Shown one piece after another: positions 27,233 to 39,427 of a DNA stretch of 49,022 nt; position 1 is the stretch's first letter; each line of letters begins with the position of its first letter. The position numbers and the translations under genes are program-made. The notes beneath the pieces are model-generated. The model was given only the letters and a program-made list of their open reading frames with translations, had not been told where the DNA came from and did no database searches. The DNA comes from Candidatus Levyibacteriota bacterium (lineage in GTDB: Bacteria > Patescibacteriota > Microgenomatia > Levybacterales > UBA12049), in the NCBI GenBank assembly GCA_030651475.1, contig JAUSEW010000018.1:1-49022 (forward strand), written 5' to 3'.

Positions 27233-28957
27233 ATGAAACAAGAAAATATTAGGAATTTTGCGATTATTGCGCATGTGGATCATGGTAAGTCAACTCTTGC
27301 AGACAGGTTTTTGGAGATTACGAATACTATATCCAAAGAAAAAATGAGAGAGCAGTTTTTGGATCAAAATCCGATAAGCAGGGAACGGGGAATTACCATA
27401 AAGTTAGCCCCTGTACGGATGAACTATACGCTAAACGCTGATAACTATACGCTGAACTTAATTGATACTCCGGGGCATGTGGATTTTTCTTATGAGGTAT
27501 CCCGTACTTTGGCTGCATGCGAAGGTGCGATACTGCTTATAGATGCCACTCAAGGAATTCAAGCTCAGACCGTAGCTCATTTAAATTCCGCAAGAGAAGA
27601 AAAATTAACAATAATTCCGGTTATAAATAAAATAGATTTAGATATTGCCAAACCCGAAGAAGTGGCAGCTGCATTAATCGAAAAATTTGGATTTAGAAAA
27701 GAAGAAATAATTTATATCTCCGCAAAAACAGGCCAAAATGTCGAAGATCTTCTTAAGGCTGTGATCGCAAGAATTCCGGCGCCGCAAGGATTGGAGTTCC
27801 CCTTAAAAGCTTTAATTTTTGATGCTTTTTATGATGAATACAAAGGAGTAATTGTTTATGTAAAGATAATGGATGGAAAAGTTAAAAAAAACGATAGAAT
27901 AAAATTCCTTCAAAGCAGCGCAGAAGGGGAAGTTACAGAAGTTGGATATTTTTCTCCATTTCTTGCAGCTAAAAATGAATTAGCAACAGGAGAGATAGGA
28001 TATATTATCACAGGGATTAAAGATATAAGACTTGCTCGCGTTGGAGACACAGTAGCTCTTAAAAATTATGAAACTTCGGCATTATCGGGCTACAAGCAAT
28101 CAAAGCCTTTGGTGTTTTTTGGCGTGTATCCGAAAGCCTCAAACGAATTAGTCCATCTTAAAGAATCTCTTAATGCGTTGGCATTAAACGATACGTCTTT
28201 AACAATTGCAGAAGAACATTCAGCTTTTTTAGGATCAGGTTTCAGGGTGGGGTTTTTGGGATTGCTGCATGCGGAAATAGTTAAGGAAAGATTAAAAAAG
28301 GAAAAAGAAATTGACGCAATCTTCACAACACCATCAGTTTTATATAAAAAGGAGGGAGAACTAATGTTTGAGCCATATATAAAATTAACTGTGTATTCGC
28401 CAAATGAATATGTCGGACAGATAATGACTGTATGCCAAAATAAAAAAGGAGAACTTTTGGATATGTCTTATCAGGGAGATAATGTTATTTTTACCTATGA
28501 TATGCCATATAGTATGCTTATTCGCGGACTTTCATCAGAGATTAAAACCGCATCATCGGGATTTGCGAGTATAGATTACGCACTCACGGATTATAGAAAG
28601 GCAGATCTTATCAATCTTGAAATCCGAGTAAATGATGTCCCAATAGATGTTTTATCGGAATTTGTGTATAAAGATGAAATAAATACTGAAGCCAGAAAGA
28701 AAGTAGAGAAATTAAAAATTTCATTGCCAAAACAGCAATTTAGGCAGATTATTCAGGCCATTGCCGACTCAAGAATATTAGCAAAAGAAGAGATAGCGCC
28801 TTTTAGAAAAGACGTTTTGGCCAAAATGTCCGGAGGAGACAGAGGACGAAAAGATAAGCTTTTGGATAAACAAAAGAAAGGCAAAAAGCGTCTAATGTCA
28901 CAAGCAAAAGTTACAATTCCGCAGGAAGCATTGCTTTCTTTAATAGGAAATAATTAA
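27233..28957 (+). CDS. lepA: Elongation factor 4
   Basis: IAHVDHGKSTLADR, ERGITIK, DTPGHVDF, GFLGLLH and RKDVLAK. Confidence 0.96.
   Translation: MKQENIRNFAIIAHVDHGKSTLADRFLEITNTISKEKMREQFLDQNPISRERGITIKLAPVRMNYTLNADNYTLNLIDTPGHVDFSYEVSRTLAACEGAILLIDATQGIQAQTVAHLNSAREEKLTIIPVINKIDLDIAKPEEVAAALIEKFGFRKEEIIYISAKTGQNVEDLLKAVIARIPAPQGLEFPLKALIFDAFYDEYKGVIVYVKIMDGKVKKNDRIKFLQSSAEGEVTEVGYFSPFLAAKNELATGEIGYIITGIKDIRLARVGDTVALKNYETSALSGYKQSKPLVFFGVYPKASNELVHLKESLNALALNDTSLTIAEEHSAFLGSGFRVGFLGLLHAEIVKERLKKEKEIDAIFTTPSVLYKKEGELMFEPYIKLTVYSPNEYVGQIMTVCQNKKGELLDMSYQGDNVIFTYDMPYSMLIRGLSSEIKTASSGFASIDYALTDYRKADLINLEIRVNDVPIDVLSEFVYKDEINTEARKKVEKLKISLPKQQFRQIIQAIADSRILAKEEIAPFRKDVLAKMSGGDRGRKDKLLDKQKKGKKRLMSQAKVTIPQEALLSLIGNN
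27427..27454. repeat. Heptamer array of the TACGCTA family inside lepA
   Basis: TACGCTA AACGCTG ATAACTA TACGCTG; encodes YTLNADNYTLN. Confidence 0.75.
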
Positions 28958-28971
28958 AAATATTAAGAAGT

Positions 28972-30171
28972 TTAAAGGGCGAAAAGTAAAATTGCGCCAA
29001 CAATAGAGAGAGCGCCTCCTAATATTCCGATTTTCAAGAATGTTTCTGAAGGTCCAGGAGCTGCTATTGGGGAAATTCTAGGAGTAGGAGAAATTTCTGC
29101 TGCGATAAAATCCCGGATTGGAGTAAGCCCGGCGGTGATAGTTGCGCCTGGAGTACCGCCTGCTGTCGGAGTGCCGGTTACAATTGCTCCGGCAGCAGTT
29201 TTAACAGTAACAGTTTGAGTGCAGCTTGTCGGGCTATTGGCTGTTCCACTATTGTCTGTAAACATTGCCGAAGCAGTGAAGTTTCCCGCATTGTGGTATG
29301 TATGAAATGTTTGTACGCTTACAGAACTTGAACCAATACCTCCTCCTTGAATAACATCTTGTATGGGACCGTCTCCAAAATTAAAACTAACCTTAGATAT
29401 GGTTCCGTTCACTTTTCTGCCATTAGCAGTAAAATTGAGAGAGAAAGGAGCATTGCCCGATGCTGTGCGATCTACGCTTAAGCTATCGCAAACTGGAGGA
29501 GGATTAGCTGCCGCAGCAGCGCCGGGCTGAAGCGTTGGAGTTGGAGTTATCAATGCGGTTGAAGATATTTCAATAGCAGCAGGAAGAGAGCTTATGGCAC
29601 CAGTAGAAGAGTCCGTTTTTAAAACATTTTCGCTTGGCAGATCAGTTCCTGCCACAGAAAAAGCCTGACTATTAGGAGGAGGTGCAAAACTTATTTCTGT
29701 TTTTCCAGCCTTTAATGGAGTAAATGCTACATAAGCAACTGTAATAGGTGATGATATTTTTGCAGTTGCTGCCGTTATGGACATAGAAATAGCTACATTA
29801 TTGCCGCCAAGTATGGGACCTTCAACCGTTTGTAAATTGGAATTTCCCTTATCAGGACAAATGCTATCTTGCGGATTTGAACATACGGAACCGGCAGGAG
29901 CTGGTTTAAGGAATTCAGGGTTGTAATTTATACTTAACTTTAAAAAAGAAATCTGATTATCCTTAGGGTCGACATTAATTTTAAACAATAGCACTTCGGA
30001 AGAGTTAGCTGTTTTAGAGGATGGATCAAAAGAGAGAATTGTGGTTGGAGCCGCTCTGCTTCTTAATTCCTGCTGTTTTTGCACTACATAAACGGTTAAG
30101 GGAATAGCGACAAGAATAACAACAATAAGCATCAAGAGAATTACCTTTTTGATTAAGGATAAAGAAGCCAT
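28972..30171 (-). CDS. Surface protein with cohesin-like and PKD domains, N- and C-terminal TM
   Basis: TM then QQELRSRA, beta-rich domain, APFSLNFTA..FNFGDG..HTYHNAGNFTA (PKD). Confidence 0.7.
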   Translation of the reverse strand: MASLSLIKKVILLMLIVVILVAIPLTVYVVQKQQELRSRAAPTTILSFDPSSKTANSSEVLLFKINVDPKDNQISFLKLSINYNPEFLKPAPAGSVCSNPQDSICPDKGNSNLQTVEGPILGGNNVAISMSITAATAKISSPITVAYVAFTPLKAGKTEISFAPPPNSQAFSVAGTDLPSENVLKTDSSTGAISSLPAAIEISSTALITPTPTLQPGAAAAANPPPVCDSLSVDRTASGNAPFSLNFTANGRKVNGTISKVSFNFGDGPIQDVIQGGGIGSSSVSVQTFHTYHNAGNFTASAMFTDNSGTANSPTSCTQTVTVKTAAGAIVTGTPTAGGTPGATITAGLTPIRDFIAAEISPTPRISPIAAPGPSETFLKIGILGGALSIVGAILLFAL

Positions 30172-30241
30172 AAATTAATTAATCTGAATTTATCGTATAG
30201 GAGAAATAAGTTTATGTCAACTCTTTTTAGACTATAGGATA

Positions 30242-30297
30242 TTGACACTGTTTTGGTTTTAGTGTATAAATTATCAGTCACTTTCAACGAGTGATAT
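30242..30297 (+). promoter_or_regulatory. groES promoter plus degenerate CIRCE
   Basis: TTGACA, 17 bp, TATAAA, then TTATCAGTC-N9-GAGTGATAT (30271-97). Confidence 0.75.
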
Positions 30298-30323
30298 TTT
30301 TTACTCCAATATTTAAGATTACA

Positions 30324-30623
30324 ATGACAAAAACATTAGACATAAGACCATTATTTGACAATGTGTTGATAAAACCGCTTGAAGCAGAAACAAAAACCTC
30401 AAGCGGAATAATTCTTCCGGATAGCGCAAAAGAAAAACCGCAAGTAGGTTTAATTATGGCAGTTGGGCAGGGAAAAAAAGATGATAATGGTAAAATTATT
30501 CCCATAAGCGTTAAAGTTGGACAGAAAGTTATGTATAAGAAATGGGGAGGGAATGAAGTTAAAGTTGGAACGCAAGAGTGGTTATTGGTGGAAGAAAAAG
30601 ACATATTGGCAGTTGTTGGTTAA
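30324..30623 (+). CDS. groES: Co-chaperonin GroES
   Basis: IRPLFDNVLI, TSSGIILPDSAKEKPQ and DILAVV; start moved to ATG 30324. Confidence 0.95.
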   Translation: MTKTLDIRPLFDNVLIKPLEAETKTSSGIILPDSAKEKPQVGLIMAVGQGKKDDNGKIIPISVKVGQKVMYKKWGGNEVKVGTQEWLLVEEKDILAVVG

Positions 30624-32258
<1,635 letters not shown>

Positions 32259-32278
32259 AATAAATTAGAAATAAAAAG

Positions 32279-32329
32279 TGACCCATTCGATAAAACTCAG
32301 GGTCATCCTGAGCGAAGTCGAACGGATGA
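32279..32329. repeat. REP-like double-hairpin element (copy 2)
   Basis: TGACCC-ATTCGATAAAACTCA-GGGTCA overlapping TCATCC-TGAGCGAAGTCGAAC-GGATGA. Confidence 0.8.
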
Positions 32330-32347
32330 AAAATTAAAAATTATTAG

Positions 32348-32369
32348 ACCCCGCTATGCGGGGTTTTTT
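32348..32369 (+). terminator. Intrinsic terminator after groEL
   Basis: ACCCCGC-TAT-GCGGGGT followed by a T run. Confidence 0.75.
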
Positions 32370-32388
32370 ATTATATAATAACAATTGT

Positions 32389-33228
32389 ATGAAAAAGATT
32401 TTTTTGCTTTTAGTTCCTGTATTTGTAGCCATTATAATTTTTTTAGTGGTTACATTTTTTTTAGATCCAAGTTTTGGTAAAGGAGCGTTGCAAGTTACCT
32501 CAATACCCGAAAGCAATGTTTATCTGGATGGTAAATTAATCGGCAAAACTCCGCTTTGCAAATGCGAATTGCAAAATATGCTGCCAAGCGGAGTGCACGA
32601 CATTAAACTTATCCCAACTTCAGGAGATTTAAGGACATATGAGGAGCGAATAACTATTACCAAATCAACACTTACGGTTATAGATAGGACATTTAACAAT
32701 TCGTCGTCAGAAGGTAGTGTAATAAATTTAACGTCTCTTGATAATAAAAACTCGATGGAACTTTCCGTAATATCATTTCCCGATAAGTCAGATGTATTTT
32801 TGGATAACAATATGGTTGGCAACACCCCTCTCTTATTGAAGGACATAACTCAGTCGGATCATGACTTAACTCTTAAGAAAGATGGGTATAAAGATAAGAC
32901 AATTAAGATTAGAACAGCATTGGGATATAGACTTAATGCCTTAATTTCTCTTGGTATAAATTTGGTAACGCCTATCACAGTATCCTCTACGTCAAGCTCT
33001 TCCGCAGTACCTTCAGCGGTCGTTACTATTCAAAAAGTAGTTATTCTTCAGACCCCAACGGGAGACTTAAATGTTAGAGAAAGCGGATCTTTAGATTCGC
33101 CAAAGATTAGTAAAGTTTATCCCGGAGACAGTTTTGACCTTGTTGACGAAAAAGATAACTGGCTTGAAATAAAATTACAAAATGGAAAAACAGGTTGGAT
33201 TAGCGCGGTCTATGCTAAAAAAGAATAA
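32389..33228 (+). CDS. Membrane-anchored PEGA x2 plus SH3b domain protein
   Basis: VTSIPESNVYLDGKLIGKTP, VFLDNNMVGNTP, LNVRE..WLEI..TGWISAVY; start MKKIF at 32389. Confidence 0.82.
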   Translation: MKKIFLLLVPVFVAIIIFLVVTFFLDPSFGKGALQVTSIPESNVYLDGKLIGKTPLCKCELQNMLPSGVHDIKLIPTSGDLRTYEERITITKSTLTVIDRTFNNSSSEGSVINLTSLDNKNSMELSVISFPDKSDVFLDNNMVGNTPLLLKDITQSDHDLTLKKDGYKDKTIKIRTALGYRLNALISLGINLVTPITVSSTSSSSAVPSAVVTIQKVVILQTPTGDLNVRESGSLDSPKISKVYPGDSFDLVDEKDNWLEIKLQNGKTGWISAVYAKKE

Positions 33229-33231
33229 TAA

Positions 33232-34176
33232 CTAGGGACCTATAAAATATATAATTATTATAACCAAAACTATCCATGTAATTACAGTTATGAATAAAGG
33301 CTTATCTGAAGTTAAGACTCTTTCCGGACTTTCTCCTTCATGTTTTTCGTAAATGTCTTGTAAATACCGCATTAAGCCATAGACAACAGGAGCAATCGTA
33401 ATCATAAGCCACTTTCTTTGGAAAAAACTCGGCAAGAAATCCGGCAAAAATACATCAAGACCTAAACTAAATCCTTTTGGATTTTCCAAAAATGTAAAAA
33501 GGGAGTAAGAGATAAAGGTTGAAGTTGCAAAAATCGAGCTGTACACATCAAGAAGCCTTTCCGAGTAATGAGATAACGACTTTCTTATATTAGTTATATT
33601 TACATCTTTTATTTGGGAGACAAGAGTTAGTTCCGATCTTCGTTTGCCAATAGCTAGGAATAGAGAAAGAGAAATGGTCGTTAGTAAAAGCCAAACTGAA
33701 ATATGAAATCCGCTCGCAACTTCTCCCGCATAGACTCTTAAAATATAACCGGCTGCTATAAGTAAGATATCCAAAACAGCAATTGATTTAAAAAATACCG
33801 AATACGATAATTGCATTAAGAAATAAACAGCAGCTAAAAGAAAGAAAGCTGGAGTTACATAAAATCCTACAAATAGGGAAATAGCTACTAAAAAAATAGC
33901 AAATATTAATGCAAGCTTTACCGAAAAGTCACCATGCGCCAGAGGCCTAAATCTTTTAAATGGATGGAGTTTATCTTTTTCAACATCAAAAATATCGTTT
34001 ATTATGTATGTGGCGGAGGAAAGAACGCAAAATACAAGAAATGCGATTGCTACTTTTTGGAATATTGCAATGTTAAATAATTGTCCGGAAAAAGTTATAG
34101 CTCCAAAAAGCGCAAAATTTTTTATCCATTGTCTGGGACGTAATAGTTTTATTACGCTAATTATTGCTTTTTTCAT
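33232..34176 (-). CDS. UbiA-family polyprenyl-phosphate phosphoribosyltransferase (DPPR synthase-like)
   Basis: LRPRQWIKN, YIINDIFDVEKDKLHPFKRFRPLA, KRRSEL, YGLMRY and ESPE. Confidence 0.85.
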   Translation of the reverse strand: MKKAIISVIKLLRPRQWIKNFALFGAITFSGQLFNIAIFQKVAIAFLVFCVLSSATYIINDIFDVEKDKLHPFKRFRPLAHGDFSVKLALIFAIFLVAISLFVGFYVTPAFFLLAAVYFLMQLSYSVFFKSIAVLDILLIAAGYILRVYAGEVASGFHISVWLLLTTISLSLFLAIGKRRSELTLVSQIKDVNITNIRKSLSHYSERLLDVYSSIFATSTFISYSLFTFLENPKGFSLGLDVFLPDFLPSFFQRKWLMITIAPVVYGLMRYLQDIYEKHEGESPERVLTSDKPLFITVITWIVLVIIIIYFIGP

Positions 34177-35227
34177 TATTGTTATTTAAAGCAAGATGCA
34201 GAGAAAAAATAACTCCTCCTACTATCAGTATAACCATAATGGTAACAAAAAGTTTACCTTTGCTTGATAAAACCAAAGCAAGCGCCCCTAATATAGCAGA
34301 AAATATCCAATAAAACAACGCAATACTTCTTTGCTTAAAACCAATACTTAAAAGAAGGTGATGTAGGTGTTTTTTGTCATGCCAGAAAGGAGAACGTCCT
34401 GTCAGGAAGCGGCGAAAAATTGTGAATACGCCGTCTATCATTGGTACACCCATAACTAAAATTGCAGTTGCCACTTTAGCGCTGGATAAAATGGAGGCAG
34501 CAGCAAGAAGAAGATAAACAGCAGTTGCTCCATAGCCTGGAAAAATTTTTGCAGGATGGAAATTAAATATCAGAAATCCTAAAGCCGCGCCAGCTATTAT
34601 GAAGGAAAGCCGTGAACTAATAAGAGTAGATTGATCAAAAGGCTGAAATTTAAGACTTACTATTCCAATTACGATAGCAGATATTGCTACTACCCCCGGC
34701 ATTTGTCCGTCAACACCCTTACTCCAATTTAGCATATTCATTACCCATACAATCCAGATTAAAGCGATAAGGTCGGAGAATACCAAAATAGAATGATGTC
34801 CAAGAAAATCGAAAGAAATCCTTAAAGTATCTAGGTATAATATCCCGCCGAAGGGATTGGTTATAAACGGAATACTTAATCCGCTTCCAACCACTATTAA
34901 AGCACTTATGATATTTATTGAAAAGCGAAGATAAGGAGAGATATCGAATTTGTCATCCATAACGCCGACTATAAGAGATATAAGCGATGCTATGAAAAGA
35001 GCAATAACGATTTTGGTGAACGGCAAAAATATAATGCTTGCTACGAAAATTCCTATAAAAAGAGGTATCCCTCCACCCCTCGGTGTTGTTTTTTTATGAA
35101 TTACAGCAGGATGTCTATGAAGTTTAGGATTATCAATAATTCCTAATTTCTTAATAAAAATAAGAGCAATAGGCGTTGCCACAACAGTAGCTATAAAGGA
35201 TATTGCAAGAGGATAAAGAATACTCAT
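34157..35227 (-). CDS. GT4 MraY/WecA/TagO-like polyprenyl-phosphate sugar-1-phosphate transferase
   Basis: PRGGG, GVMDDK, NMLNWSKGVDG, NFHPAKIF and DKKHLHH. Confidence 0.85.
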   Translation of the reverse strand: MSILYPLAISFIATVVATPIALIFIKKLGIIDNPKLHRHPAVIHKKTTPRGGGIPLFIGIFVASIIFLPFTKIVIALFIASLISLIVGVMDDKFDISPYLRFSINIISALIVVGSGLSIPFITNPFGGILYLDTLRISFDFLGHHSILVFSDLIALIWIVWVMNMLNWSKGVDGQMPGVVAISAIVIGIVSLKFQPFDQSTLISSRLSFIIAGAALGFLIFNFHPAKIFPGYGATAVYLLLAAASILSSAKVATAILVMGVPMIDGVFTIFRRFLTGRSPFWHDKKHLHHLLLSIGFKQRSIALFYWIFSAILGALALVLSSKGKLFVTIMVILIVGGVIFSLHLALNNNNEKSNN

Positions 35228-35228
35228 A

Positions 35229-35582
35229 TCAAATAATTAATTGAATCACTTTTACTATAAAAAGAAATATTAAAATGCTTGCCAGCAGACTTACAGTAGC
35301 GAGCATTCGTGACACAAGAGGGATTTTCTCATATGCTAACCCGGCAACTATTATATTGCAAATGAATATAATAAAGGCAATTAAAGGAGGAATAAATATT
35401 GTCGCTGTTGATCCTAATCTCTGTTCCCCCCAAGGCAACTGATTGAAGATGGGAATAAAAGGAGGCAAATTATGATAGTAAAGCGCTATTAACGCACAGG
35501 TAATTATCACTAACGATAAATTAGCTATAAAGATTTTTCTTGTAGTCTGACCATTGAGGATATCCCTAAAAAAGTCTTTCAT
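35229..35582 (-). CDS. Small membrane protein (3 TM)
   Basis: LPPFIP..PWGEQRL motif; likely start MKDFF at 35582. Confidence 0.6.
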   Translation of the reverse strand: MKDFFRDILNGQTTRKIFIANLSLVIITCALIALYYHNLPPFIPIFNQLPWGEQRLGSTATIFIPPLIAFIIFICNIIVAGLAYEKIPLVSRMLATVSLLASILIFLFIVKVIQLII

Positions 35583-37050
35583 AAATTGCAACATTGTCGA
35601 TATTGATTTTATAGAAATAATTAGCAAGTGAAAAAGGTATAGGAGCTTGATCGGGCATTGTGATAATAAATTTAGGTTTCTTTTTCTCTAAGGCAATTTT
35701 TGTATTTGTAAGTCCGTCGTGGTAGTTTACCATGTGATAAGCTACTATATATTTTCCTGGCGGTACCATATTTATTAATTTGTAAACTTGAGCGTTATTA
35801 CCCCAGATAAATATAGAATCCGTAGCTTTAACTTTCGGTTTAATAAACTGTGCTATCTCATAATCCATAGGAGTTTTTTTATCAAAAAAAGATTGATATG
35901 AAGTAACATTTTCCTTATCTGTTATGAAAGAAAAAATATTTGCATAGTAAAGAACATTTTTATTAAGAGGATAAATAGAAAAATTTTTCAAAATTAAGAG
36001 AAGAGAACCGATAACCAAAACCAAATATATTTGTTTAAATTTATTGCTGACAATAAATAGCCCTAAAAGTAGGGAAAAGCTTGGTAGCAAAACCAGTAAA
36101 TAATGACCGTAAGGACGCTCGGAAAAAAATGCATTAAACAGCGAAAAAGAAAACCAAAGGAGTATGAAAATGGAAGATAGTCCTAACCTATTCCTCTTGA
36201 TAAAAATAATAAGAGAAAATATTGAAAGTGCTAAAAATTTTGCAAAAAGAAGTCCTTGAGGAATTCCAAAAAGCTTATTTCCGTATCCAACATACCCGAC
36301 ATTTGTAGACAAAGTAGCATTCAAAAAATCTGAAAATGCGCCTTTTAATAAGAAAAACAAACAAGTTATGGTTATCGGTAACAAAAAACCAACAACGAAT
36401 GAAAATAATTGTTTTCCCAATACCTTAGCGATCTCTTTAATTTTTAAATGTTTTTGTAAATTGTTAAAAAAGACAAAGGATATAAATAAAAATAATGCTG
36501 CGAAATCAAAAACAGAAACTACTTTAAAAAGGAAAGCTACTCCTAGCAATAATCCTGCAAGAAAGAGATTGGATTGTTTTTGATTAATAATCAAAAGAGC
36601 AGAAAGTATAATGGGCAGCAGCATAAAATTTTCTGCATTTGCGATATTTCCTTCTATCAAGGGAAGACCGAAAATAAAAGCAAAAAAAGCAGTCGAAAAA
36701 TAACAAGCAATTCTATTATTTGTTTTAAATTCTGAAAACAATTTTTTAGTAAGTAGGAAAAAAACAACAACCGATAACAGCCCAAATATTATTGAGACAA
36801 GCCGTACTGTAAACTGGTCGGAATTAAATAAAGAGTACAACAAATATATTAATGGAGGCTTATTATCGAAAATATCTCTATATAAAAGCTTTCCTTGACT
36901 AAGTGCAATTCCTATTGTTTGATAAATTCCTTCATCTCCGTACCAATAAGGCTCGAATAGCGATGGTAATCTAAGAAGAAAGAAGATGGAGGAGACAATT
37001 AAAGCAAACCAAAAATCTTTGCTTTTTTCAAGACGGCCAAGAATCTTCAT
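35566..37050 (-). CDS. GT-C (ArnT/GT39-like) glycosyltransferase
   Basis: WYGDEGIY, LYRDIFDNKPP, NAENF and YGHY. Confidence 0.8.
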   Translation of the reverse strand: MKILGRLEKSKDFWFALIVSSIFFLLRLPSLFEPYWYGDEGIYQTIGIALSQGKLLYRDIFDNKPPLIYLLYSLFNSDQFTVRLVSIIFGLLSVVVFFLLTKKLFSEFKTNNRIACYFSTAFFAFIFGLPLIEGNIANAENFMLLPIILSALLIINQKQSNLFLAGLLLGVAFLFKVVSVFDFAALFLFISFVFFNNLQKHLKIKEIAKVLGKQLFSFVVGFLLPITITCLFFLLKGAFSDFLNATLSTNVGYVGYGNKLFGIPQGLLFAKFLALSIFSLIIFIKRNRLGLSSIFILLWFSFSLFNAFFSERPYGHYLLVLLPSFSLLLGLFIVSNKFKQIYLVLVIGSLLLILKNFSIYPLNKNVLYYANIFSFITDKENVTSYQSFFDKKTPMDYEIAQFIKPKVKATDSIFIWGNNAQVYKLINMVPPGKYIVAYHMVNYHDGLTNTKIALEKKKPKFIITMPDQAPIPFSLANYFYKINIDNVAIYERLF

Positions 37051-38540
37051 AGCTTTTCGGTAACTTTATATTCAAGTCTTTTCCCAAGCATAAGTTGAGT
37101 ATGGGAAATAAGAGCTGGAATTACGGAAAGGAAAAAACTTACAACAGGCAAAAGTATGAACTCCAAAGGAAAAAGAAACTCTCTGATTTTGGGTAAGGAA
37201 TGATTCTTTGGCCTATTGCGAAAATCAATAGCAATCATTATGAGGAACGCGAACGTACAAAGAGTCAGTATAGATCCTGCCAAACTTGCAAGACTATATC
37301 CAAGAGTTGTCCTTTGGAAAACAGGGTTTACGAAAGCGATTATGTTGGCAGAAACTGTTAAGATGAACCAATTGACCGGCCAAAGGAAATGATCGAGTAA
37401 AACGTTGTAGAGAAGTATAGTTTTTCTGAAAAAGGGGACATTGGGAACAGTAAACCACCATTTTATAAACAGAGGGTCATCGGATACTCCCCAAGACCAT
37501 CGTCTTTCCTGTTGATACTTATTTTTTAAGCTTCTGATATAATTATAAGATAAGGGAGCATCCATAGAAGTTTTTAAGAAAATTGGCTCTACGAAGACTT
37601 GTCCTCTCAATTTATAGAAAGCTTTGAAGAAAATTCTGTAATCTTCAGGAATTACATCACAGTCCCAAAAATCGATTTTCTTAAGAAGAGAAAAAGACAA
37701 GGAATAAGTAGAATTAGCAATTAATCTATCTTTTTGGACAAGAACACCTGTTCTCCAGAGGCTGCCAAAAAATGCAATGATTCTAATTGGAGCAGGAACA
37801 TTCCAGAAATTATTGTAATTTACATTAGCTGATTGCCAAAATTTATTATATCGGTTAGTGTCGTTTAAAAATTTGAAAGCCAAATAGGAGAAATATTGCT
37901 TATCAAATATAGAATCAGCATCTACAGATGAAACAGTCGCAAAGTTTATATCAATAGGCCCATTCTCAATTAGCTTTTTGTAAACAATACGGCCTGCAAA
38001 TGCCTCATTTGAAGATTTTCCTTTTACTTCGTTTGGAACATCAGGATGATATGTCGCAAAAATTTGTCCAAAATTTACTTTAAATTCATCAATAAGAGTA
38101 TTTGCTTTTATTATTGCATCTTCTTCTCTTTTTTCCATAGCTAGAACTACAATAATTTTCCTTTTTGGGAAGGTTTGTGATGCAATAGCCTTGAGTGTTT
38201 GACGCAATTTACTTACGGTCTCTTTGTAGTTTGGAATAATTATAACATGGTAAACTCGATTCCAGTTTTTTAATGTTTTTGTTCTTTCCAACCAATCTAT
38301 GCCTTCAGCTTCTCTTATTTTTCTAGAGGCGATAAATGCTGTTGCTGATAGGGAAAAAGATTTATACAGCCAATAAATATCAAAAAATACGATAAAATAG
38401 GCAACGATGTAGGGTATAATTAAAGATCCCCAAACAGGAAATAGAATAAGCGCCCAAGAAACAAAACCGGGAAGTAATTCCAAAGACCTTTTGGTTTTGA
38501 TTGGATATCTGCTAAAAACAGTCTGAAAAAAGTTTGTCAT
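37047..38540 (-). CDS. Membrane GT2-family glycosyltransferase
   Basis: IIPNYKE, GKSSN, DADS, PED and QERRW motifs. Confidence 0.82.
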   Translation of the reverse strand: MTNFFQTVFSRYPIKTKRSLELLPGFVSWALILFPVWGSLIIPYIVAYFIVFFDIYWLYKSFSLSATAFIASRKIREAEGIDWLERTKTLKNWNRVYHVIIIPNYKETVSKLRQTLKAIASQTFPKRKIIVVLAMEKREEDAIIKANTLIDEFKVNFGQIFATYHPDVPNEVKGKSSNEAFAGRIVYKKLIENGPIDINFATVSSVDADSIFDKQYFSYLAFKFLNDTNRYNKFWQSANVNYNNFWNVPAPIRIIAFFGSLWRTGVLVQKDRLIANSTYSLSFSLLKKIDFWDCDVIPEDYRIFFKAFYKLRGQVFVEPIFLKTSMDAPLSYNYIRSLKNKYQQERRWSWGVSDDPLFIKWWFTVPNVPFFRKTILLYNVLLDHFLWPVNWFILTVSANIIAFVNPVFQRTTLGYSLASLAGSILTLCTFAFLIMIAIDFRNRPKNHSLPKIREFLFPLEFILLPVVSFFLSVIPALISHTQLMLGKRLEYKVTEKL

Positions 38541-39331
38541 AGGTTAAAAATAACACTGGCGTTTCTCGTAGTTTGATCTTCAACTAAAGAAAAAGAAACA
38601 CCTTTTATTTCGGCAATTTTTGCTGCCACAATTATAGCATAAGAAGGTATGTTTAGGCTACTTCGGTGAGGCTCCGGGGTAAGGAAAGGACTGTCTGTTT
38701 CAACTACGATTCTATTTATGGGGGCATAGCTTACTAAATCTTTTAACTCCGTATTCTCTCCTGGCGCAAAACCTTGATATGTAATATTGCCGTCGAAACC
38801 AACATAAAATCCAAAATTAAGCACTTGTTTTAAAAAGTCGATATCTCCTGACATACAGTGGAACATTCCAGGAGGATTTAAAAGATATGATTTATGGCTC
38901 AAAAGTATCTCCAAAATATCTTTTCCCGCATGGCGATTATGAATTTGCAGGGGTAATTTCAGCTTGAAAGCAAGTTCTACCTGGGCAATAAATACTTCCT
39001 TTTGCAATTTTTTATCAACTATGCTGTTGGATTTATAACTGTAGTAATCCATCCCACATTCGCCAATTCCGACAACTTTTGGATTTTTTGTAATTTTTTC
39101 TAAGTCTTTAAGCCAGTTATCTTCCAGTTTGTCGGCATGGTGCGGGTGGACGCCAACGATTGCATATAAATTGTCATATTTTTGAGCCAGTTCTACTGCT
39201 TTTTGGCTCGAATCTATTTTCGTTCCGACATTTATAATCTTTTCTACGCCGGCTTTTTTTGCTTTTTTAATGACTTCGCCATAGTTTTTTTCGAACGAAT
39301 GAAAATTAAGATGGCAATGTACATCTATCAT
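38537..39331 (-). CDS. tatD: TatD-family nuclease
   Basis: DVHCHL, GVHPH, IGECGMDY, HNR and ETDSPFL. Confidence 0.92.
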   Translation of the reverse strand: MIDVHCHLNFHSFEKNYGEVIKKAKKAGVEKIINVGTKIDSSQKAVELAQKYDNLYAIVGVHPHHADKLEDNWLKDLEKITKNPKVVGIGECGMDYYSYKSNSIVDKKLQKEVFIAQVELAFKLKLPLQIHNRHAGKDILEILLSHKSYLLNPPGMFHCMSGDIDFLKQVLNFGFYVGFDGNITYQGFAPGENTELKDLVSYAPINRIVVETDSPFLTPEPHRSSLNIPSYAIIVAAKIAEIKGVSFSLVEDQTTRNASVIFNL

Positions 39332-39427
39332 AGTAGTATTATACGATATATACTCTATAATTATGGTAAGAAATCCTTGACAAAGTTATCGTGTGGGGAC
39401 TATCATAAGTTTTTCTAGAGGGTATTT

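Noticed and set aside
39340-39427. M-box riboswitch or MgtL-type leader before mgtA
   Set aside because: The promoter (TTGACA near 39377) leaves too short a leader and no structure or Pro-rich peptide is visible.
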